DNA of 4,248 nt. Origin: a virus. Lineage: Duplodnaviria; Heunggongvirae; Uroviricota; Caudoviricetes. Both the position numbers and the translations under genes were made by a program. Shown here piece by piece: positions 1 to 4,248 of the stretch (within the stretch, counting starts at the first letter, position 1; each line of letters opens with the position of its first letter). The notes under the pieces were generated by a model. It made no database searches. It was given only the letters and a program-made list of their open reading frames with translations, and was not told the DNA's origin. The stretch lies in the IMG/VR virus record IMGVR_UViG_2671180417_000009. One strand, written 5' to 3'.

Positions 1-177
1 TGCTTTTTCCAGATTGGTGATATCCTGCTCCAGAGCGGACAGATTTTCAGCCTGCTTAGCCCTGGCTTCATTAGCCCATTTCAGATCCTGCGCTGCATTA
101 ATTTTCTGGCGCATCCACTCATAAAGTTCATCATCGGTATAGTCTGGCGCGATGATGACGGGTTCTCGTTTCTGCAT
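1..177 (-). CDS. ydfC: YdfC-like small prophage protein, 5' portion only (59 codons, runs off the left edge of the window)
   Basis: Minus-strand ATG at 177-175 preceded by GAGGAA about 5 nt upstream; frame stays open to position 1, reading MQKREPVIIAPDYTDDELYEWMRQKINAAQDLKWANEARAKQAENLSALEQDITNLEKA. Not in the supplied ORF track, presumably because it is partial. Position directly downstream of ydfB-like/ydfA-like matches the ydfABC arrangement next to dicA in Qin as I recall it; the ydfC assignment is from memory. Confidence 0.6.
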   Translation of the reverse strand, partial: MQKREPVIIAPDYTDDELYEWMRQKINAAQDLKWANEARAKQAENLSALEQDITNLEKA

Positions 178-206
178 ACTGATTCCTCGCGGTGCTGTTT
201 CGCTTA

Positions 207-335
207 TCAGCCGTTAGATTTTGCCGAACTGGAAAGCGCCTGTTTAAACTCACTGAAGCTGAGAGCTTCTTCGCCTTCGGCAAGGCCTTCGAAGTATTCT
301 TCGTAAGCCTTTTCCATGATTGTGTCGAAATCCAT
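207..335 (-). CDS. ydfB: YdfB-like small prophage protein (42 aa)
   Basis: Minus-strand ATG at 335-333, 1 nt after the ydfA-like stop, with GGTGA SD-like sequence upstream; translation MDFDTIMEKAYEEYFEGLAEGEEALSFSEFKQALSSSAKSNG, stop TGA at 209-207. It lies in a different frame from the 69-aa track ORF 131..340, which I consider an artefact. Length and sequence match my recollection of E. coli Qin YdfB. Confidence 0.65.
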   Translation of the reverse strand: MDFDTIMEKAYEEYFEGLAEGEEALSFSEFKQALSSSAKSNG

Positions 336-336
336 A

Positions 337-492
337 TCACTCACCTGAGTTTCTTTCCAGCCAGCGACGGGCACCATTTTCGGTTTTAAACGTTTTGCTT
401 CTGGTATACGTCATCGCGGTAAACGTGCCGTCCTGGTTGGGAAACACGCCGCATACCAGAGATTCGTTGTTGCCAAGATCGATAGTATCCAT
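337..492 (-). CDS. ydfA: YdfA-like small prophage protein (51 aa, DUF1391-type)
   Basis: Internal start of track ORF 337..546: minus-strand ATG at 492-490 with GAGGT 4 nt upstream; translation MDTIDLGNNESLVCGVFPNQDGTFTAMTYTRSKTFKTENGARRWLERNSGE. The 18 codons upstream in the track ORF have no RBS and look non-coding. Assignment to YdfA is from memory. Confidence 0.7.
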   Translation of the reverse strand: MDTIDLGNNESLVCGVFPNQDGTFTAMTYTRSKTFKTENGARRWLERNSGE

Positions 493-564
493 GCTGACCT
501 CATTTCCCCTTAACGCCAGGGTAGCGGAACTGTTTGCTGAGAACACCGTGCGGTGTCTTGATGA

Positions 565-630
565 GTAGAATTTAGAATAACCTAAGAATTGTGGTCAAGC
601 TTTTTGTGTAGAAAAACCTAAGTTTTTTGA
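565..630 (-). promoter_or_regulatory. Putative promoter/operator for the ydfA-B-C-like transcription unit
   Basis: On the minus strand: TTGACC (-35-like, plus 598-593), 17-18 nt spacer, then CTAAAT/TAAATT (-10-like). Two direct copies of CTTAGGTT(A/T)TTCTA (minus strand; plus 573-586 and 609-622), the same motif family found in the dicA-dicC intergenic region. Hexamers read by eye; no experimental support. Confidence 0.3.
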
Positions 631-633
631 TGT

Positions 634-667
634 AAAAAACACAAGCATTTGAAAGTTTGTGCTTTTT
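634..667. terminator. Putative bidirectional intrinsic terminator between dicA-like and ydfA-like
   Basis: Hairpin CACAAGC (640-646) / GTTTGTG (655-661) with 8-nt loop ATTTGAAA; 7-bp stem including one G-U pair. Flanked by A6 (634-639, a T-run on the minus strand) and CTTTTT (662-667, a T-run on the plus strand). Lies about 35 nt downstream of the dicA-like stop on the minus strand. The stem is AT-rich and weak. Confidence 0.4.
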
Positions 668-696
668 ATTACAGAGAGTGGCGAAAAAAGGGGGGG

Positions 697-1104
697 TTAT
701 TTATTTGCGCTTCTTTTGCGAGCTTTGAGTAGTTCTTCAAAAAGTTTGTTGAAATTCTCAACTCGAGCACGCATCTCTGACAACAGAGCCTTTTGCTCTG
801 ACTCAGGCAGTGCGTCGAACAGTTGAAGCAACTCTTTTTGATCTTCTGTCAGATTAACTGGCTGATTATCTGGGATCGGTTCGCCTGGTTGCTTATCTTC
901 ATCTCCAAAAAGAAGCCAAGTCGGCGAGCACTGAAGCGCCTGGCTCAGTGCGAATAATCTCTTCCCCGCTGGCTGTGTTTCATCTCTTTCCCATTGAGAA
1001 ATTGTTACGTGAGCCACTTTAACCAGCTTACCTAATGCGGCCTGAGACAGTTTTAATTTTTTACGCCTGTATAAGAGGCGAGCACCGAAGGTTTCGTTTT
1101 TCAT
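697..1104 (-). CDS. dicA: DicA-like prophage repressor (XRE-family HTH, CI-like, 135 aa)
   Basis: Track ORF 697..1104 (-). N-terminal HTH segment LSQAALGKLVKVAHVTISQWERDETQPAGKRLFALSQALQCSPTWLLFGDEDKQP and C-terminal ...PESEQ...EMRARVENFNKLFEELLKARKR closely match my recollection of E. coli Qin DicA (also 135 aa). Divergent from a cro-like gene, as in lambdoid immunity regions. No SD before the ATG. Confidence 0.9.
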   Translation of the reverse strand: MKNETFGARLLYRRKKLKLSQAALGKLVKVAHVTISQWERDETQPAGKRLFALSQALQCSPTWLLFGDEDKQPGEPIPDNQPVNLTEDQKELLQLFDALPESEQKALLSEMRARVENFNKLFEELLKARKRSANK

Positions 1105-1180
1105 ATTAGGTAATTCTAATTTTTCTTGACTTAGGTTTCTCTACGATCTAGTTTCCTTAGGAAAATCTAAGGAGTTCGAT
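1105..1180. promoter_or_regulatory. Divergent promoter/operator region between dicA-like and dicC-like
   Basis: Rightward promoter candidate: -35 TTGACT (1126-1131), 17-nt spacer, -10 TAGTTT (1149-1154), then SD AAGGAG (1169-1174) 6 nt before ATG 1181. Operator-like sites: TTAGGTAATTCTAA (1106-1119), CTTAGGTTTCTCTA (1130-1143) overlapping the -35, and the perfect inverted repeat CCTTAG-N6-CTAAGG (1155-1172) between the -10 and the SD. Leftward: TAGAAT (-10-like, minus strand over plus 1113-1118) about 8 nt from the dicA ATG. Confidence 0.6.
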
Positions 1181-1408
1181 ATGTTGAAAATTGATGCTAT
1201 AGCGTTTTTTGGCAGCAAAACAAAGCTTGCCAATGCCGCAGGAGTTAGGCTGGCAAGCGTTGCTGCATGGGGGAAACTGGTTCCTGAAGGTCGCGCGATG
1301 CGTCTACAGGAGGCATCTGGCGGTGAGCTTCAGTATGATCCCAAAGTTTATGACGAATATCGTAAGACGAAGCGGGCGGGGCGGTTGAACAATGAAAATC
1401 ACCCCTGA
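1181..1408 (+). CDS. dicC: DicC/Cro-like small DNA-binding regulator (75 aa)
   Basis: Track ORF 1181..1408 (+) with strong SD AAGGAG and ATG start. Divergent from the repressor gene. Sequence MLKIDAIAFFGSKTKLANAAGVRLASV...EGRAMRLQEASGGELQYDPKVYDEYRKTKRAGRLNNENHP matches my recollection of Qin DicC (about 76 aa, YdaS/Cro-like family). Confidence 0.85.
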   Translation: MLKIDAIAFFGSKTKLANAAGVRLASVAAWGKLVPEGRAMRLQEASGGELQYDPKVYDEYRKTKRAGRLNNENHP

Positions 1409-1943
1409 ACAGGTTTGTGAGGCTCTGGATGCCTGGGTATGCCGACCAGGAATGACACAGGAGCAGGCGACGATATTAATCACGGAAGCATTCTGGGCTC
1501 TGAAAGAACGCCCGAACATCGATGTTCAACGCGTCACGTTTAATGATGGCGAGGTTGATCAACGGGCGCTGGGCGTTAACCGGGTGAAGATATTCGAACG
1601 CTGGAAAGCTATCGACACCAGGGATAAGCGGGAAAAACTCACGGCGCTGATTCCGGCAATTATGGAGGCTATCCGAATTAGTGATTTCAGGTTGTATCGT
1701 GAGATCAGTGATGGAAAAAGCATTACGTACATGATCGCCGGATTAAACAAAGAATATGGCGATGTGGTGGAGTCCGGGCTGCTTTTTGCGGATCCAGCTG
1801 TTGTGGAACGTGAGACTGACGAGCTTATAGAAAAAGCTATTGCTTTCAAGCATGCGTATCGTCAGCAATATCTATATTACTTTGCAGATAAACAAATGTC
1901 TGCCAGGGGTTCGTATGAGTATCGATGCACTACGATGGGCTAA
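1392..1943 (+). CDS. YdaT-family protein (CII-like regulator / reported toxin family), 183 aa
   Basis: Track ORF 1392..1943 (+); ATG overlaps the dicC-like gene by 17 nt, with a G-rich stretch upstream. N-terminus MKITPEQVCEALDAW and the segment DKREKLTALIPAIMEAI resemble Rac YdaT (MKI..., ...REKIQKLIPAIL...) as I recall it. Third gene of the rightward operon, the position a cII analogue would occupy. Longer than Rac YdaT (about 140 aa) through a C-terminal extension. Confidence 0.8.
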   Translation: MKITPEQVCEALDAWVCRPGMTQEQATILITEAFWALKERPNIDVQRVTFNDGEVDQRALGVNRVKIFERWKAIDTRDKREKLTALIPAIMEAIRISDFRLYREISDGKSITYMIAGLNKEYGDVVESGLLFADPAVVERETDELIEKAIAFKHAYRQQYLYYFADKQMSARGSYEYRCTTMG

Positions 1944-2955
1944 AAAGGTGAAAACCGGCAGTTCATCCAGTAAGTCAGTATTGACCTGGCTTGCTGATAT
2001 GTGCGGTGCCGATTTGTGTGCATACCCGTCTGTATCTGCCCTGGCAGAAGTAACGGAACTGAACAAAAAGACAGTGCAGGACAGCTTACGACACCTGATG
2101 GAGATTGGGTTAATTGTTGATACCGGTGAGAGAAAAGGCAGAACAAAGCAAATTGTGGTGTACCGACTTATCGGTGTAGAAGAAAGTGTTGCCGAGCCTG
2201 AATACACCCAAAAACGGGAGTCTTTAAAGGTGGGTAAAATTGGTGCTGTTAATAAAAACAGTACCGAAAATGGTTATGTTTCAGCACAAAAGAGCCCCAA
2301 AAACGGAACTCTTAGCTGCATGGAAAATAACCAAAGACACCCAAATTTTCCATCAAAGACACCCAAAAACGGATCACGGAACCCAAAGGAACCCAAAGAT
2401 CTAAACACCACACATAACGCACGCGAGAGTGCTCCGACCAGTGAGCAGAAAGTTTTGTCGTTACAGGCTGCACCTCCTGTATTCCTGGATGGCCTGAGCG
2501 AACCCATCGGAAAATTTCCGATGACCGATAGCTGGCATCCGTCGCGGGATTTTCGACGACGGGCTGCGTTGTGGGGGATGGCTTTGCCGGAGACAGAATT
2601 TACGCCTGCTGAACTTGCCGCATTCCGGGATTACTGGAGTGATGAGGGGAAGGTTTTTACGCAGGTTCAGTGGGAGCAGAAATTCGCCCGTCACGTAAAT
2701 CACGTCAGGGCGCAGGTTAAACCAGTCAGCAAGGGGGTAAACCATGCAGCAGCACCAGGTGGCACCGCATCACGGGCAGTTCAGGAAATTCGGGCAGCAC
2801 GTGAGCAGTGGGAACGTGAAAACGGATTTATCAGCGACGGAAACGGTCTGGAAGCTGTGGGAACTCATGGGGGAGGTTTATTCGAACCGCTGGACCCAGA
2901 AGAACGGGGCCGCACCTTCGAAGCTCTGGATTGCACAGATTGGCGCGATGACTGA
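1915..2955 (+). CDS. Replication initiator, lambda O-like: N-terminal winged-helix domain plus DnaT-like C-terminal domain (about 347 aa)
   Basis: Same frame as track ORF 1840..2955, but the preferred start is ATG 1915 (AGGGG SD at 1905-1909, 5-nt spacer), giving MSIDALRWAKKVKTGSSSSKSVLTWLADMCGADLCAYPSVSALAEVTELNKKTVQDSLRHLMEIGLIVDTGERKGRTKQIVVYRL, a wHTH-like N-terminus. C-terminal region DSWHPSRDFRRRAALWGMALPETEFTPAELAAFRDYWSDEGKVFTQVQWEQKFARHV resembles the DnaT C-terminal / YdaU (DUF1376) family. The start choice is an inference; the TTG at 1840 and ATG at 1852 lack an SD. Confidence 0.8.
   Translation: MSIDALRWAKKVKTGSSSSKSVLTWLADMCGADLCAYPSVSALAEVTELNKKTVQDSLRHLMEIGLIVDTGERKGRTKQIVVYRLIGVEESVAEPEYTQKRESLKVGKIGAVNKNSTENGYVSAQKSPKNGTLSCMENNQRHPNFPSKTPKNGSRNPKEPKDLNTTHNARESAPTSEQKVLSLQAAPPVFLDGLSEPIGKFPMTDSWHPSRDFRRRAALWGMALPETEFTPAELAAFRDYWSDEGKVFTQVQWEQKFARHVNHVRAQVKPVSKGVNHAAAPGGTASRAVQEIRAAREQWERENGFISDGNGLEAVGTHGGGLFEPLDPEERGRTFEALDCTDWRDD
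2204..2398 (+). repeat. Cluster of short direct repeats inside the O-like gene (candidate origin iterons)
   Basis: CCCAAA cores start at 2207, 2296, 2340, 2362, 2382 and 2392. AAAGACACCCAAA occurs twice (2333-2345, 2355-2367); CCCAAAAACGG three times (from 2207, 2296, 2362); GGAACCCAAAG in tandem (2378-2388, 2388-2398). Spacings 89, 44, 22, 20 and 10 bp are near multiples of a helical turn. AT-rich stretch at about 2225-2290. The repeats fall in the interdomain linker-coding part of the gene, as the lambda ori does in O. Confidence 0.4.
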
Positions 2956-3409
2956 GCAGCAAATCCGACAGGTCTGCCGCCAGTGCATGGACCGCTGCCG
3001 GGCGGGTGAAACATGGCCTCCGGACCTGGCTGAGTTTGTGGCACTGATTTCGGAAAGCGGAGCCAATCCATTCGGTCTGACGGTGGATGCTGTGATGGAG
3101 GAGTACCGCCGCTGGCGCAATGAGTCCTGGCGATATGACGGAAGTGATAAGTACCTGTGGTCTCAGCCTGTGCTGTATCACATTTGCCTCGAGATGCGTT
3201 CAAAGGGGATTGAGCGCCAGATGACCGAAGGGGAATTAAAACGGCTTGCAGAACGGCAGCTGGCGAAATGGGCAAAGCATGTTAGTAACGGCCTGAGCGT
3301 TCCGCCAGTCCGGCGACAACTGGCGGCACCCAAACGCCCGTCGGGGCCAACGCCAATTGAGTTGCTGAAACAGGAATATGAACGCCGGAAAGCGGCTGGG
3401 TTTGTTTGA
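2744..3409 (+). CDS. Replication protein P-like (lambda P family helicase loader), 221 aa if started at 2744
   Basis: Track ORF 2744..3409 (+). Its C-terminal two-thirds align by eye with lambda P: WPPDLAEFVALI ~ LPSPGQFVAWC, VDAVMEEYRRWRN ~ LVDMVYEYCRKRG, GELKRLAERQLAKWAKHVSNG ~ AELRRKAADELVHMTARINRG. ATG 2744 has a strong SD (AAGGGGG at 2731-2737, 6-nt spacer) and gives a lambda-P-like length (lambda P is 233 aa). Alternative starts: ATG 2867, and ATG 2948, which overlaps the O-like stop as ATGACTGA; the start is uncertain. No Walker A motif, so not a DnaC-type loader. Confidence 0.75.
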   Translation: MQQHQVAPHHGQFRKFGQHVSSGNVKTDLSATETVWKLWELMGEVYSNRWTQKNGAAPSKLWIAQIGAMTEQQIRQVCRQCMDRCRAGETWPPDLAEFVALISESGANPFGLTVDAVMEEYRRWRNESWRYDGSDKYLWSQPVLYHICLEMRSKGIERQMTEGELKRLAERQLAKWAKHVSNGLSVPPVRRQLAAPKRPSGPTPIELLKQEYERRKAAGFV

Positions 3410-3527
3410 GTTGAGAAGTAATTTTTACCGGGAGGAAATTTATGGAGACTGTTTTTGACGCACTGAAAGCGATGGGAAAAGCCACGTCGGTAGAGCTGGC
3501 TGCGCGCTTGATATCAGTCGTGAAGAA

Positions 3528-4202
3528 GTGCTGAACGAACTATGGGAACTGAAAAAGGCTGGTTTCGTTGATAAAAGCGCGTACACCTGGCGTGTGGCTG
3601 ATAACAACGTTCAGCAGGAACAGCCAGCGCAGGCAGAACTGCCGGAAGAAATCACCACAGCAACAGTAGCGAAAATCTCAGAGTGCGATTTAACCGCGAC
3701 GATTGAACAACGAGGACCACAAACGGCTGATGAGCTGGCTACGTTTTTCGGCATCACATCACGCAAAGTGGCTTCAACGCTGGCAATGGCAATCAGCAAA
3801 GGTCGTCTGATTCGCGTAAATCAGGGCGGTAAATTTCGTTACTGCATACCGGGCGATAATTTACCAGCAGAGTCGAAAGCAGCATCGGTAGCGGAAACTG
3901 ATGGTAAGGCCTTTCCTCAGACCGCAGGTGTTGCGTTACCAGTACAGGAGGCTGCAACACAGGAAGATATTAAAACAGAAACTGTGGCGGACATTGTGCA
4001 GTCGTTGCCATCGTTTACCGAAACGCAAGCAGATGAGCTGATTTTTCCGTCCCTGCGCAGGACAAACCTGGCGCTGCGCAGGGCGAAAAGTGATGTTCAG
4101 AAGTGGGAGCGAGTCTGCGCCGCGCTGCGGGAGCTGAACAAGCACCGGGATATTGTTCGACAGATTACTGATTCTTCCCGCCATGTTGCATCGGAAAAGT
4201 GA
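3528..4202 (+). CDS. Hypothetical prophage protein with winged-helix-like N-terminus; longest ORF of an apparently frameshifted gene
   Basis: Track ORF 3528..4202 (+), which begins at GTG with a poor SD. The frame is open back to 3459 with no start codon, and reads ...[32 protein letters not shown]. Upstream ORF 3442..3534 (ATG, GGAGG SD 6 nt upstream) in another frame encodes [30 protein letters not shown]. Joining the two at about 3508-3512 gives one continuous wHTH-like N-terminus, so this is likely the 3' part of a gene disrupted by a 1-nt indel. Function not recognised. Confidence 0.55.
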   Translation: MLNELWELKKAGFVDKSAYTWRVADNNVQQEQPAQAELPEEITTATVAKISECDLTATIEQRGPQTADELATFFGITSRKVASTLAMAISKGRLIRVNQGGKFRYCIPGDNLPAESKAASVAETDGKAFPQTAGVALPVQEAATQEDIKTETVADIVQSLPSFTETQADELIFPSLRRTNLALRRAKSDVQKWERVCAALRELNKHRDIVRQITDSSRHVASEK

Positions 4203-4217
4203 TTGCCGGAGGCGCTT

Positions 4218-4248
4218 ATGGCAAAAGTATTTACACAAGAAGAGCGGG
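4218..4248 (+). CDS. Start of a further plus-strand gene (5' end only, MAKVFTQEER...)
   Basis: ATG 4218 preceded by GGAGG (4208-4212) with a 5-nt spacer; frame open to the end of the window. Only 10 codons are visible, so no product can be assigned. Confidence 0.35.
   Translation, partial: MAKVFTQEER

Noticed and set aside
131-340. 69-aa minus-strand track ORF (MIWISTQSWKRLTKNTSK...)
   Set aside because: Basic, low-complexity translation with no RBS. The same DNA encodes the ydfB-like (207-335) and ydfC-like (1-177) proteins in other minus-strand frames, each with an SD and a compact, plausible sequence.
337-546. Full 69-aa extent of the minus-strand track ORF containing ydfA-like
   Set aside because: The upstream 18 codons (MFSANSSATLALRGNEVS) lack an RBS, whereas the internal ATG at 492 has one and gives the 51-aa size expected for this family. 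Only 337..492 is called.
192-568. Plus-strand track ORFs 192..389 (65 aa) and 320..568 (82 aa)
   Set aside because: Antisense to the ydfA/ydfB-like genes, no convincing RBS, and translations without recognisable features. Treated as shadow ORFs.
1840-1914. Longer start (TTG 1840 or ATG 1852) for the O-like gene, as in the track
   Set aside because: No SD before either codon, and both would add about 75 nt of overlap with the YdaT-like gene. ATG 1915 has an AGGGG SD at the right spacing and begins a typical MSIDALRWAKK N-terminus.
1304-2745. Minus-strand track ORFs 1304..1519, 1559..1849, 1872..2207, 1940..2146, 2274..2507 and 2461..2745
   Set aside because: All are antisense to the well-supported dicC/ydaT/O-like genes, with Ser/Cys/Arg-rich low-complexity translations and no SD-plus-start combinations.
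1915-3409. A defence-system ATPase or nuclease hidden in the replication region
   Set aside because: No Walker A (GxxxxGK[ST]) or obvious nuclease or toxin motifs appear in the O-like or P-like products. Both align by eye with lambda-type replication proteins, so I treat them as ordinary replication genes.
2831-3485. Minus-strand track ORFs 2831..3181, 2865..3275, 2878..3120 and 3282..3485 (up to 136 aa)
   Set aside because: Antisense to the P-like gene in a GC-rich stretch where long open frames arise by chance. Translations are Pro/Ser/Gly/Arg-rich with no domain-like pattern. Not called, though an antisense gene cannot be formally excluded without comparative data.
3611-4238. Minus-strand track ORFs 3611..3799 and 3936..4238
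   Set aside because: Antisense to the wHTH-gene ORF; Cys-rich or low-complexity translations without RBS.
1-4248. DicF sRNA, the dicB cell-division inhibitor, tRNA/rRNA genes, CRISPR repeats, IS or transposon ends
   Set aside because: I looked for the DicF core, which in Qin lies downstream of dicC, and for regularly spaced repeat-spacer units or terminal inverted repeats; none were found. If this prophage carries dicF/dicB they probably lie further downstream, beyond the replication genes.

Overview
This window reads as the immunity and early replication module of a lambdoid (Qin/DicA-type) enterobacterial prophage; I do not see a recognisable novel defence or other undescribed system in it. 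All calls are from reading the sequence and from memory of protein families; no searches were run. Leftward (minus strand) genes: a 5'-partial ydfC-like gene, ydfB-like (42 aa), ydfA-like (51 aa) and a DicA-like XRE-family repressor (135 aa). Rightward (plus strand) genes, after a short divergent promoter/operator region: a DicC/Cro-like protein (75 aa), a YdaT-family CII-like protein (183 aa), a lambda O-like replication initiator with a DnaT-like C-terminal domain, a lambda P-like helicase loader, a winged-helix gene that appears split by a 1-nt frameshift, and the first 10 codons of a further gene. The points most worth a second look are a repeated TTAGG-N5/6-CTA operator-like motif in both regulatory regions, helically phased CCCAAA-containing repeats inside the O-like gene (candidate origin iterons), a 212-nt out-of-frame overlap between the O-like and P-like genes, and the frameshifted winged-helix gene. 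Most minus-strand ORFs in the supplied track over 1300-4240 look like antisense artefacts.
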